From Azolla caroliniana (lineage: Eukaryota > Plantae > Polypodiophyta): DNA of 64,000 nt. Made by a program: the position numbers and the translations under genes. The stretch is from assembly GCA_043228905.1 (NCBI GenBank), contig JBHGNT010000007.1, positions 6,820,001 through 6,884,000 on the forward strand. The letters run 5' to 3'. Shown here piece by piece: positions 25,401 to 38,326 of the stretch. The stretch's first letter is position 1; each line of letters opens with the position of its first letter. The notes under the pieces were generated by a model that worked only from the letters and a program-made list of their open reading frames with translations, did not search any database and was not told the origin of the DNA.

Positions 25401-27737
25401 CCTGCGTAATAACGGAATAGCCTTGACATCATTGGAACTTCGATAGCTCGCGCTTGTTCATAGGGCTTCCCGTTATCCAAAGTCTCTAAAGTAGCAATCT
25501 CATCATTGTGTTCATCTATCAAATCAGCAAATCGAAGCAGGATTTTCGATCTCTCCTGTAAATGGAACCTAGTAAGTTAAAAGAGTGTTTACATTCTCTT
25601 CTATAATCTTCTTATCCTTACATATGCAGTCATCCTTGGCCAGGGTCCTTTGTCAAACGCCTTCCGAGCTGCCTTCACAGCCCTGTCAACATCTTCCGCA
25701 TCACCTTCTGCTACATATGTAATAACTTCCTCTGTCCGTGGGTCTATAGTTGGAAATGTCTTGCCTGAAAGTACCATATTGACTCTCACTCTCTCTACAT
25801 CTACCTCTATCTATCTATCTATGTCTTTCTTTCTCTTGAAAAGATCACACATGGGCATCTAGAGGCCACAGGTATCGATAAGAACTACAATACGTACAAA
25901 ACCCTCTTAAGAGGAGCACGATAATAGAAGACAATGAAGGGCCTATAGTACCATTGGACACATCATCCAGACCTTTTACACCATAGAAAACACTGTTTCA
26001 CCATTCTTCTAGATAAGAGGAAACAAAGTTGGGCCTCAGTTTGAATGGGATGCTCAAAATCAGTCCAGAGATTGTATGGGACCTTCAATGGCTATGTAAA
26101 TGAGTCTATTGAAGGTTGCATCCCCCTCCTTCTTGTGATGCATCTTGGTCCCTTGGGAAGTACTCTATGTTTCAGAGAGCATCAAACGAAAAGTGTTCAA
26201 GTCCCTGAAAGTTGCAACCGAAGAGACCAACTGACTTGTATCAAATTCAATCATCCTCTTTGGATTCCAACTTTAGGCCCTATCAGTGAAACATCTTAAG
26301 AGCCCCCTTCCCATCCTGACAGAAATTTTTGTTTAATGCTCAAAATTATTTCAGATGGTCAATTGCTTTATGTTTAAACCACTCTTTGAAAGCATTGAAA
26401 GCATTGAAAGCCAAAATTTCGGTTACAATTTTTAGAATATGAACCCAGGAGGACTAATACATAGCATTGAGCATTAGTTTGGCACACAAGCGATAGTTAA
26501 AAGGAACAAAATCTACATTTGAACCATAAGATAAGCAAAAACAAAATATCAGTCAAGAAGGGCATGGGCATATAATTGATATGTGTATACGAAAAATGAA
26601 ATGCAGAGAAAGAGAAAAACAGAAGAAGAATTCACAAAATGAAACTATTGAAGAAAAAGTAGGAGTTAAGCAACAAAGATAGGATTTAAGTGTAATGTTA
26701 TTTTAAAGACTATAATCTTTACCAGAAGCTGCGTCCACAAATTTCCCATCAATGAGGAGTTGTTTCAGTTCGATGGAAACAGATGGCTTTATTACTTCAG
26801 CAGCATGGCTATATATGTAACGATTCCCTCCAACTGGCATAAAAAACCCAGTAAAGGAAAGGAGAATCAAATTTCCAGAAATCACAACAAGTATATCTGA
26901 ATAGCATCGCATCATAACAGACCTGTAAATCACTGTTTCCTATTTCTCAGGTTAAAATTTAGCACCTTCTACAGGGTTAGATCTTTATTCTTAAATAATT
27001 CCGGGATTGGAAAGTCCAGAGCTGAAGCAAAACACTAATAACAAACATCACAGCGCTTCTCTAACCATTATTGTTTGTTCTTCTAAGGTTTAAATTAAGA
27101 TATATCAGGTTGTAGATTGCATGGCTATAATGGGTTTGGAACCATATCTCTTCATCATTTCAAAACGGAACCTAAAAAAAAGGATCAATTTTCCATAAAC
27201 ACAACACAATAGCATTCGTGTGAGAATAAGTACTACTTAAACCAGCATAAGATCTACAAAGGATGTATCTTCTGATTTCTCAGGATATGTATGGCTATCA
27301 TAGCTCTAATGAGATTAATTTTTGAAAAACCCGTGGCTATCATAACTATGATGAGCTCAATTTTTGAAAACCCGTCAGCAGAAGTTGTGGAGAGGCTAAC
27401 TTAAAAACACATAAAGAAGGAGCTGATGAATGTTTGTGAAGCTTCTCGGGATAAGATAGTATGAACAAACGGTAGGATCTCTCATGATTATCACAGCTTA
27501 AGGAAAGGTAAGTAAAGAGAAGATAGGGGGAAACCTAATTTTTAATCCCTGTAGGAGGAAGCAGTAAAGATTAAGAGAAACATGGATCGGCATATAGCCA
27601 TGGCTATGTAATCTAAATATGATCAGATTATCGGAAGGAGTAGATGATACAGTACCTGTGTTGGCAGGAGCGTATTTTGAAGCTCGAATGAAAGCTCGAG
27701 AGAGCCGAGATGAAGCACGAAATGCGGACATAACCAT
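22487..27737 (-). CDS. ALDH2B: Mitochondrial aldehyde dehydrogenase family 2 (ALDH2B type), about 11 exons; first exons 27737-27656, 26833-26723, 25764-25622
   Basis: Arg/Ser-rich presequence [20 protein letters not shown]; motifs [43 protein letters not shown] (catalytic Cys), EIFGPV and PFGGYKMSG; GT-AG introns. Confidence 0.95.
24261..24596. mobile_element. Foldback MITE with Mutator-like long TIRs in an ALDH intron
   Basis: Left ggaaaatatgcataata and aatacctctcctattttc versus right reverse complement ggaaatatactaaaata and aataccgctcctagtttc. Confidence 0.5.
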
Positions 27738-27984
27738 TTCCTGTCCCTTCTACCTACAGATTCAAGCTAAAAACATTAGCAAAGATGAAATCTTTTCTTT
27801 CTCCCCTTGCTCTTCTTATCATACAGTTTGATTCAAAGGTCACACACTTTCGGCAACAAGAGGCTTCTTCAAGAGGCCATCATGCGCAGCAAAACGGGCA
27901 ATACAGAAAAACAAATCAAAAAAAGAAGAAGAAGAAAGAAAGAAAATCAACCTCAACCTGAGCCTGACTGCAGAAACAGCAAGA

Positions 27985-27989
<5 letters not shown>

Positions 27990-28030
<41 letters not shown>

Positions 28031-28236
28031 TGAGTGGAGGGGAGGATTGATGTTTCTTCTTCTCTTTCCTATCTTCTTTTTTTGTTTTTATACCTGTGAA
28101 GAGAAAGATTTGGAGTATGGTGAGTGGGCTATAAATTTCTTCCTTATTCTGGATTAAGGCAAATACGAGAATGTAAGGAGATAATGGTGACAGCGAGACA
28201 GAGACAGAGACAGACAGAGACAGAGACAGAGACAGA
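27990..28236. repeat. (GA)n and (GAGACA)n tracts in the ALDH 5' region
   Basis: Direct reading at 27990-28028 and ~28194-28236. Confidence 0.9.
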
Positions 28237-28666
28237 AGAAGGAAGCATATACTGTATATATGTATATATATATATATATGCAGCAGGAACAGAGTATGTA
28301 TGTATGTTATGTATATATATATGCAGCAGGAACAGAGTACTGTAAGTAGAACCTTCAATTCTTATACATAAATATTTTCCTCCTTTTTCTTCTTCTTCAA
28401 TTTAAACAAAAAATTAAATAGAAGAAGAAAAGGTCATCATGATCATGATCATATATACATATATTTCTATCCATCCAATTCGATTCTTCTTCTTCAAGAA
28501 AAAAAAAAAAATAGAAGAAGGAAAAGGCATGTCATATGATATTCCTTTTCCAATTTGAAGTCTGTGTTTTGTAGTCACTCATGAGTCACACACACACACA
28601 CATACATACATCATCACCACAATCACTAAAACCCTAACTATTTGATATCATCTCAGGCTCAAGCTC

Positions 28667-28667
28667 A

Positions 28668-28752
<85 letters not shown>

Positions 28753-28853
28753 GTGCTTGTGTATGTGCCTGTGTATGTGTATGTGCCGATGTATGTGTAT
28801 GTGTATGTGTATTCCCCTGTGTATTTGCATGTGTATGTGCCTGTGTATGCATT

Positions 28854-28884
<31 letters not shown>

Positions 28885-28990
28885 TTGCCTGTGTATGCAC
28901 CTGTGTATGTGCATGTGCATGCGCTTGTACATGCATCCGTGTATGTGTCTATGTATGCGCTTGTATATGTGTATACATCTACATGTGTGT
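28667..28990. repeat. Degenerating (ATGTGT)n hexamer repeat
   Basis: Perfect for ~90 bp, then progressively diverged; it generates the spurious low-complexity ORFs in the track. Confidence 0.95.
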
Positions 28991-31401
28991 CTGTGTTCGT
29001 CGATGTTTGTGTTTGTGTCCTTCGTGTCTATTATGTTTCTGGTCTATATGTGATTGTAATTATGTGCTTGTGTCTATTTCCATGCCAATGTCAATGTCAA
29101 TGTGTTTGAGTCTATGTGCTTGTGTCTATGTCACTGTCATTGTTTATGTCTATGCATTTGTTTGTGTGTGTGTGTGTATACATGTTTGTGTCCATCTCAA
29201 ACTAAAGCTTATACCATCAACTCTGATGCTTTCTTTAGAATCCCCTTCCTCAAAAACAATTTGCGTATGCACACTTGTTACACTACACAAAGCGCATAAT
29301 ATAGGCCACAATTTGTTTTCATTCTATTCACATGCTGGTAAGGTTGAAGCCAAACACAATATTGAATCGGAAAAGAGAAAGAACAAGAGATTATTTATTT
29401 ATATGCAAGAAGAACAACGCTAGAAGAGAGGTTTCGAATGTGTTAATCGAAGATTAGCATTCAACCGGAATGGGTTTTGAGATATTTTAACTTCATGATA
29501 TAACAATTATTAGTACCCCTACTATAATGCATGCTTGCCTCTTGGTTATCATGTGGATAATTACAATAATCACAATATAAAAGGCTATAACAACTATCAT
29601 TGAAGTGATGTAATACTACATATGAACTGTTACTATAATTAGTGTAATCATGATACCATCACCCTGCCTCAATAATAAAGTTCCATGTGTATCGGTACAC
29701 AAACTGGGTTTTCACAAGTTGTGTGTGAATGCTATACAAAAGATGAAGCATAAAGTAAAGCAAATCCACTTGATAGAGAAGGTTAGGTGTGAATAAGCAT
29801 TGAGTCCTCACATGTGCAATCAGTGGAACAGGGTTGCATTGAATGTAGGATGTGGATAAGTTGTTGGGTATAACAACCTAATGTATACAAACAAACTTCA
29901 AGTGTGCATTCATTTAGTGAGCTCTCATTTAACCCATCAAGGTTGTATCTATATTTGCTCACTTAGGAGCACACCATCTAGAGCTCTTGTTGAATCAAAC
30001 CTCTAACATTGTGCTCGAGTACTTTGCTAATAATAGATTAATCTTCTTCTTTTTCTCGTTTGTGTGCTCCATTCCATGTAAGCATGAGTCAATCCACCCT
30101 CTTTTTTGCATGCGTGTAAAATCTTTTGGTATTTCTTCTCATATTTTATCCATAACATCTTATGGTGCTAAGGTAAGAGTTCAAAACCAACTTCCTCCCG
30201 CCCTTCAAATTTCGAAAACCAATCATTTTCTGACATGTTAGCATGATGCATCTTTGCTTTTGTCCCTGTTTCGGGGCTACTTGGGAATAAATGTGCACTT
30301 TATCATCATCTTATTGGCCCTACCTCTTTTTGCAACTAAAGATTCTCACAACTTTATCGCCCTACCTCTTCTTCAACTAAAGAGTTACAATGGTAACCAT
30401 CCCATCTCTTTTTTTGTGGGTTGCTTTTCATGTCTTGCGAGAATCGGCCTTTTGCAGGCAAGCATTTCCTACCATGTCAACACCTAGAACCATTTTCCAA
30501 CTATTTCTTTCACATGTAAACCTAGTTGTCTATTAATATGTTAATCAAGCATTATAACTGTCCTTTTAAAACTAGAGACCAAAAATAAAAGATACATACT
30601 TGTATTGAATGCGAAGAAACCAAAAATGAGAGATTAAGTTGCTAATTCTAAATGGATTTGCATATAGCTCCTTTTTTTAACCATTTTATCTTGCATTTAT
30701 GGAGTCGGAGAGAAGTTAATGGTTCACTCATGTCCAAGTCGAGTTCCTTCCCCAAGCAATGCAACCAATCACTTACCACCATATCATGTGTGAGTAACAT
30801 TCACAACACCTTGTGAATCCAAACTTATTCTAAACATCTACAAGAGTAGAGGGGGAGAAACACTCATCTCATAAGAACAAGAAACAAGAAATTATTTAGT
30901 GTTCATATTTTAGTTCAAACCCTAGTGATGAGGAATAATTTATATTTGTTTACATCTTCCTTTTGAGTTTACAATGACATGCGTTTATGAAAGACCGGCC
31001 ATGTTTCTACCCAGACGACCTTTCAATTCTGAGGTTATTTTGTGGTTGAGCATGCGTCACCAAAGTCATAAGCCTATGTTGAATTTTGACCAAAATTTCA
31101 GTAATCAGGTTGCGTAGGTGAGATTCAAGCAAAATAATTGGGTGAATCAATAATGGAGGTGGACAAATCTGAACCATATGCGAAACGTACCTACGATCCT
31201 TGTTATAGAAGGCCATAAAAGATCAAGAAACGCTCAAAAAAGCATTTGTCTTCGTGTTTATGGACACCATGTTATTCTCAAAGGCCATGTTTATGGCCTA
31301 TCCTTTCCAAGGTGTTTGCGACTGGCCGTGCAATGCATGTGTCCGATTAAACTAGAGGCTTCGTGATCCGAATCACATGTGAAAGAAACCGATAAAACCT
31401 T

Positions 31402-31421
31402 CTTCCGGAAGCTTCCGGAAG
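31402..31421. promoter_or_regulatory. Perfect four-unit heat-shock element nTTCnnGAAnnTTCnnGAAn
   Basis: cTTCcgGAAgcTTCcgGAAg, ~240 bp upstream of the ATG at 31663. Confidence 0.65.
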
Positions 31422-31662
31422 GCTCGACAAAAGCCGGGAGAAATAGAAATAGAAAATTAATTGAGAAGCGAAAAAGCAAAAATCAATTTGCTTTTTTTTT
31501 TTTTCTCTTGTGTTTGGTTTGTTTTTTCTTTTCTTTTCTTTTGCGTTTTCGCCTAGCTTTTTTTTTTCACTTATCGTTTCTCTTTGGAGAGTTAAAAGAG
31601 CCTTCTGTTTTTCTTTCTTAAATTTGAATTAAGACAGACAGATAAACGACAGAAACGGAGAT

Positions 31663-33105
31663 ATGGGTTTGTTCGAGAAGGTATCTCCCCTGGTGGGTTC
31701 TGTGTATTATGTGGATATGACATCTCTAAGCTCTTCTTCAACTTCTTCTTCTTCTTCTTCCAATTTCCATCAGGTTTCAACCTCAGCTTCTGATCCTTTT
31801 CTCATAGCTCAGAGCAGGCCTGCTAGGTTTTTGCATTGTGCAGAGTATTTAGGGTTTGCTTGCCTGATTGGCGATGGTGGCCAATCTCTTGTTCCCTCTG
31901 CACCCATCATCTCAAAAATAAAGGTCGCCCAACAAAACGTTGGGGAATATGGTCCACAAGTCTGCCCAAACTATAATTGTGGGGGTGTCCACTCATGTTA
32001 TGATCCAAACTACTACGGACTAAATGATGGAATTCCTGAATGTACCAGTCCATCGGATGGAAATCATAGATTTCCAAATTGCATTCATGAAAATGGCCCC
32101 AGCCGAAATGGCCAAATCGATGGATATAGCCACTCATTCGGGGATCGAAATGGGTGCCCAAATCATTGCATCGGTGACAACAATGTCCGCCCAAATCATG
32201 GTCGAAGCATCCGGCCTCTCTTCTTTGTCAAATACCCAGGTTACCCCACAGGACCCCTCCTCTTCTCCGTTGACATCACCTCGGCCTCAGCCTCACCTTC
32301 ATGCGAAGTGTGTATAGTCTCACCCTCGGCTCCTTTAAATATTATCACCTCCTTCCTTACCGTCTCACCACGAGACCCGGATCCTCTTGGACGGGACCTC
32401 TCCCAAGGAGCTCCCGTCTTTTGCTTCACTTTCCCTCGTGATGAACCCCAGCCCCGGCCTTGTGTTGTCCAGGGTTCGGTGTCCTTGCCCCCGGACCTTT
32501 CCTCTTATGGCATTGTCGCCCATTTCGGCCTACGCTTCTCGACTCCTCATGCGGGTGTCATCACTAACTATAGGGGCGAGCTTGTCGGCTTCCACACCTT
32601 TGATTTTTGTGTCTATGTGGGTGATGAAGTTGCCGAGCTCAGAGATGGAAACTCGCACCCCAATACGTGCCAGATAGTGATCAAAGATAGCTCCGAGGTG
32701 GGGATTGGTGCGTCTGGATCACATGACCTAACAAGGAGGAGCTTCATGGGCATCCCACCCAATATGCTCAAGAGGATACAAGAGATGTTTGTTAGCACGG
32801 GCGAGAAGAGAAAGCAAGCCGCGTGGCACTCGAGGATTTATACCATGAATCAGGCCCAACAATGGTTTCCTTATCTTGGCGAGGGAAGGATGATGGGCAT
32901 GGCTATACATACCTTGATTGCGATGAGCAATGGCAATGAGTATAGATTAAGCCCCAACTCGAGAAGGTTATCGGGTTTCAATCAAATTCAACACAAACGA
33001 AAGCGAGGTCGAGGTCACATCAATACCCCTCATGATTGCTACTCTTTGTCATCGTCATCATGGTCCTCATCCTCATCCTCGTCATCATCATCATGTGAAG
33101 ATTAG
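31663..33105 (+). CDS. Intronless 480-aa protein, probable degenerate trypsin-like (HtrA/Deg-type) protease domain without catalytic His/Ser
   Basis: Long, relatively GC-rich ORF in an AT-rich background. Motif order LFEKVSPLVGSV, LGFACLIGDGGQSLVPSAPII, CEVCIV, LSQGAPVFCFTFP, VVQGSVS, HAGVITNYRGELVGFHT, GMAI parallels HtrA motifs. The CDS call is firm; the family call is tentative. Confidence 0.75.
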   Translation: MGLFEKVSPLVGSVYYVDMTSLSSSSTSSSSSSNFHQVSTSASDPFLIAQSRPARFLHCAEYLGFACLIGDGGQSLVPSAPIISKIKVAQQNVGEYGPQVCPNYNCGGVHSCYDPNYYGLNDGIPECTSPSDGNHRFPNCIHENGPSRNGQIDGYSHSFGDRNGCPNHCIGDNNVRPNHGRSIRPLFFVKYPGYPTGPLLFSVDITSASASPSCEVCIVSPSAPLNIITSFLTVSPRDPDPLGRDLSQGAPVFCFTFPRDEPQPRPCVVQGSVSLPPDLSSYGIVAHFGLRFSTPHAGVITNYRGELVGFHTFDFCVYVGDEVAELRDGNSHPNTCQIVIKDSSEVGIGASGSHDLTRRSFMGIPPNMLKRIQEMFVSTGEKRKQAAWHSRIYTMNQAQQWFPYLGEGRMMGMAIHTLIAMSNGNEYRLSPNSRRLSGFNQIQHKRKRGRGHINTPHDCYSLSSSSWSSSSSSSSSSCED

Positions 33106-33469
33106 CATTGTAGATGTGTATAGTAATTTTAAGAAGCTTTAACTTCATCTTCACCCTCTTCCTCCTCTCGGCCCCCCCCCCAACCCCTCCCCTCGCAAGG
33201 GGTAGTGAGATTACAAATTTAGATTAACCGATAAATGTGAATCTTTACATGAAAAACATAATATATGTCAAAAGTTTGAATATCATTCTTAAGATCACGT
33301 GTAGAAATACAATCTATTCCAATGAACACACTAGGGTAGTGAGATTACAAATTTAGATTAACCAATAAATGTTTTTTGATTAAAAAATCCCACGTTTTGG
33401 AGTCTCAAGTACATGTGAAATACATATATTTACACTTCTCCATTGGATTGTTAGATCTTAAAAAAATAC

Positions 33470-36400
33470 TCATTTCCTATCTGATATTTTGTCGAATCCT
33501 CTTGATCTTTCCTCTGCTTCTTTTCGTTTTTGTTGTCTGCATAATAAATTATAATAACATGCATTAATATCCTTAAAACTTTAATGAAAGCAAATTCAGA
33601 AATAGATAAACAAATGTGGTAAATAACATTTCCTTTTCCGTCAAAATCTAGGTTTCAAAAGTTCCCATATTTTCTTGAAACTTGAAACTCTTTCAAATCT
33701 CCCATGATAGTGTATTTGGTCAGAAATTAAGGTTCTCTCTGTTTCCTTTCTTTCAACAATATGATAAAGGAACCACAAATGACATGATAGGAATGGAAAT
33801 TAATTTCTCACTTTTTTTCCCACCATATGATGAGGACCCAAACATAAAAATAACTACAGAATAATGTGACGGAAACCTAAGCAAATAAATTTGCTTAACT
33901 TACCTCTGCATAGTAATACCAAAGACTAATAGTGACTTACAAAAGAGACTTACGCAAATGAAGCATAACCTCCTCCAGCATTGGCTGTTAATAATGCCGC
34001 ATGAGCACTTGCTGCTGCCATTGCAGTTTTGGCTACAGGAGGTAGCGGAGCTTGAGTTCTTGAATCAGTTTCAAGCTGAAAAGCACATACATACATTAAT
34101 TAACAAATTGTGATTCTTGAATGAGCTTCAAACTTAGAATTTATATGTATATATACATGTCGATGTATGTGTACATGTACATGAACTGGCATGTGTACAG
34201 GTACATGAACATCATGTACATGTACATGTACATGTACATCTACTAATGATTAGCAAACCTTGTCCCATTTGCTCTTGCTTGACCGGCCCACGTTGGATTT
34301 TGAGAGAGCATCAGATACAGGAGCTATTACTTGATTTGCAGTGGCTGATGCGTTTATAACAGGTCCCCCTATAATTTTAACATGATTGTATAAGAACTTT
34401 GACATGAAATGAAATGAAAATTCTATTTATTTACAAACATGGAAACTCACCATTTTGTAAAGCAGGGACTTGTAAAATAGTATTTTTTGTTTTTTCCAGT
34501 AATGTAGTTTGTCCTCCTCCATGGATAAAATCAGCTCTCTGGCTCTGTTTCTTGGCTTGTTCTTTTCTTTCTTGCTCACGTCTGAATTCCAACACTGACA
34601 GTGAACAGAATAATAGCTTTCATGCACTCATAACTTGTGAAAAAATTAAGTAGCATGTTTTAATCAAGCCTTCTTAAGAGGAAAAAATAAAACATGCATT
34701 TTTTTTGTTTCATTTGCATTCTCTTCCAAGGTCTGTACAAATCAATTTCAAATGCCACAATGTTCACATTAAAATATCTGAGAAAAACATCTCTACTTAC
34801 ACATGGTAGAATATGGCTTAATATTAAGGCAGCTGACCTAGTATGTCGTAGAAATCAGCTGGATTATATCCATGTGGATCAAAAATCTCCTTCTTGAAAC
34901 AACTTCCTATTTGGTCGATCTCCTGATATTTTACAGCCCGTTGTAAGAAATCTGGATTCCGGTAACCCTTTGATTTGCGTAACACTTCATTGAAACTTCT
35001 CCCAGCATTCTTTAGTGCTAGATATTTTGCAAACTTTTGCTGAGGTCAAGAATGAAATCAGAATCAATATTGTTACAGCATTAGCACAAACAACAGAAAT
35101 GCAAAGAACAATTGCTTCTAAGAAACAGCATGAGTGAAAATAATTGTTCATACATAGTAATTGCTTAGGGTTTTGTGAATCAGAAGACTTAATTCTGTAT
35201 CATTCGTAGAGAGGAGAGGATACAAACGATGAATTAATCTCCTATAATAAAACGTATGTGTATTTTTCACATGTAGATGCGTGTGCTTAATCAGCTACAT
35301 TCATTATGTCATACTTCTTGGGAAGGATACAAATAATCAACTGCTTCTCCTATATTAATATATGCACATGCTTCTCACATATAGATGCATGCACTTATTC
35401 AGATACACGCATATTTCGATTTCTGCATACTCAATCTACACACTAGAACAAATTATCTCCGAGACGAATTTTGTGCAAATCGCTGCCAAACCAATGGAAA
35501 TGAGGACTTGATGTTTGCATGGATACCAGTCCGGGTTCCAGAGAGAGAAGTTATAAATAATGAACTTAGGGCATTTGGAGACTCAACAAAAATAAAGAAA
35601 GTCATTTTCTATTATTATTATTTCTGTCAACAGCTTCCAGTGTTTGGCCACCCTGAGTTCCCACTCAAGTTAAGAAACTTGACGCAATCTACATTATCCA
35701 CATACACACACAAACACATTGATCCTGTAATTTATTGTGAAATCACATGTCGCCTTCTTGACACTCCCATGAATGATCCAAGGTCGGATATCATGCTGAA
35801 GGCACATGACTGCAAAGATTCACTAAACCCCCTTCACATGTGGAATCTGTAAAAAAATCTGAGAAACATACTTCACACAGAAACACATTGATCCTGTAAT
35901 TTACTTGAAATCACATGTCACCTTCCTGACACTACCGTGAATGATCTAAGGTCTGATATCATGCTGAAAGGACATGATTACAAATATGTACTAAATCCCC
36001 TTCACATGTGGAATCTGTACAAATCTCCGCAAAACATACTTCGCTCAATACTTAGCTTAATTTGAAGATAACCAATCACAAATTAATCTCGTCACCAGAA
36101 ATCCATTATCATCATGATGGATACCTGCCATGGTGATCTTGTAGTTCCCATGGATCCACAGAGCCTCAGATTTATGAACAGGCATGATGTCACTGAGGCT
36201 CTAAAATAGCTTTTGAGGAACTATGTTAAAGAAAGATTTCTGAATGGAAATAATCTGTTGACCAACTATAGTGTAATATTTTGATATGACTCAATTCTAG
36301 TTGTATATAAATGTGAAGAATCTTCACGTGTCTTGGCAAATAGTTTTTGGCTCATTTAGCACAATGCGCGGATTGGAACAAAGCGCTTCTGTCATTGCTA

Positions 36401-38326
36401 ACCATGTCCAAACACTTGTGAATAAACCAAGTGAGACCAACAATCCTACGATATGAATCAGACACACCATTTATTGGTTATATTTCTCAGAAACTAGCTC
36501 AAAACAATAAGATAATGCATATCTGGGTTTTTACTCCCTTGATAAAAAAATAGAATCATAGATTCAGACACAAATGCAGGTTAGACACAGCAAATTAAGA
36601 CAGGAGGGAGACACATAAAGCTGTAATACAATGGCAGAAGTGCAATTTGGAGGGAACTGGACTTCAAACTATGATTTCCAGTTGACATTAGCAAACAATT
36701 CCCTCAGAATGTTACCTCAAAGGTATTAGGTTCTCATATCAGCAAGTGTCAAGGACCAGATATGATATACACCTCTGGCACTAGATGCGCACAAGTAGCT
36801 ATGTTTGATTTTTGCAAGGCTTTTTAACTATGGCTTTGGCTTTTTAACACTTTATTCGAGTAAATAAAATTCAGAGAACATGGTTAGTTCACATTGATTC
36901 TTCATAAAGCTAGCTGAGAATACTACCGATATTAAGATGGATATACATCTCTTAAACCTGAAAGACCTCTTCTATTGTACCCTGCATGGACAAATTGCAT
37001 TTTTTTTACAACTACAATGACACAGAACATGTTTTATTTTTTCTTATACCGAACTTCATAAAAAGCTAAACCATTTACCTGCAATTCGTCGGAACACCTT
37101 TCGGTAGGATGAGGAGGAAGAAAATCGGCCAAAGGATCTATTTCAGACGAAATTGTATTCCCATCATCAACGTCAGCCATATCTATATCTACCATCGAAT
37201 TAGTGATGATAGCGCGATCTTGACTTATAACCACTTTCGATTCCTCAATCCTATCATCTGTTAGAGCATTCTTGGGCGTTAAGATTCGTCCACCAGGTGA
37301 AGTTATTTCCTCAAGAAACCCTAATAATATCATTTGTTAGTTTGAGTAAGAACATTATAGTAGAGTATTGTATAATGCAAATTGGTAAATGCATCAAGAA
37401 AGTCACCATTACTAGTCTGAAGATCTAAGTCAATTGCAGCTCTTCCTGTGCTGAGGATCTCCACCTCCTGGTAACATCATGATGGAAGAATTAATCCACA
37501 AATTCATGAAAAAAAACACATGGTTATTATACCTAATTTTACATTTCGTGTCCCCACTGAAAGCATCATAATAAAATATTGGGTTTAAGCGCTTAATTTC
37601 AAATATTCTTTTAGAATGCATGATAAAAGGTTACCCTTAAACTTCAAATATTTTACATACAGTACCCCTCCAAATAGGGACATGATGGAGAAGTCATTAT
37701 AATGGTACCACTTAATGTCCAACATTTATATCAAGCATCCCTTCAAATAGCCTCCTCATGGATGAAACCATCAAAAGACATGCTAAAGGCAACATTAACC
37801 AGTAAAATTAAAATTGAAATTAGACATGCTGATGGAGAAACAAATAAATGCATGGTATTATCATCAAATGCAAGATAAACGCATGTCTACTATTAGCTCT
37901 AAAAATCAGCATTTTCCATTTCTAACAAAAAAAACACGGAAAAATATAGTCCATTACCTCGGAATGGGGAGAGACAGCAAGATCTTCATGTGCATAATCC
38001 ACGATGATTCCATGAGCACCATTTCCAAACCTATCAATAAATTCTTCTGAATCTATGTGCGATTCTGATTTGACATACGATTCTGATCTGATAAAAGATT
38101 CCGATTGAGCCCACAATTCAGGAATCTCTGAGAGTGATAGCATCTGAGAAGGTCCGCCTTCTGTGCGGATTTTTCCTTTGCCCTGTTCTTTGTCTGCTAC
38201 AATCTCTTCTGATCTCACTTCATCTGGGGCGTCCTCGTCGTCTTCTGTGTCGCCGTCGTCTTCTTCATCATCGTCGTTGTAGAAGGAAAGCAGGGCAATA
38301 CCTTCTGCTTTCCGCTTGCCCTGCAT
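33470..38326 (-). CDS. SAP30BP: SAP30-binding protein (HCNGP family), 8 exons: 38326-37958, 37468-37407, 37320-37079, 35039-34838, three more between ~34595 and ~33954, and a last exon ~33536-33470
   Basis: GIALLSFYNDDDEE, IVDYAHED, DPLADFLPPHPTERCSDELQ, GRSFNEVLRKSKGYRNPDFLQRAVKYQEIDQIGSCFKKEIFDPHGY, KSKWDK, GYASFAQQKRKE. Confidence 0.9.
35705..36042. repeat. ~168-bp tandem duplication in the long SAP30BP intron
   Basis: aaacacattgatcctgtaattta..gaaatcacatgtc..cttcacatgtggaatctgta occurs twice. Confidence 0.88.

Noticed and set aside
27807-28358. ORFs with ER/LS runs upstream of ALDH
   Set aside because: GA-type microsatellites in a UTR or promoter region.
28634-29423. ORFs rich in HT, VY, MC or HI dipeptides
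   Set aside because: They are translations of the (ATGTGT)n repeat in several frames.
33896-33912. Micro-exon candidate (cag|ag|gtaag) in the last SAP30BP intron
   Set aside because: The flanking exons already join in frame to give FAQQKRKE, and there is no transcript evidence.
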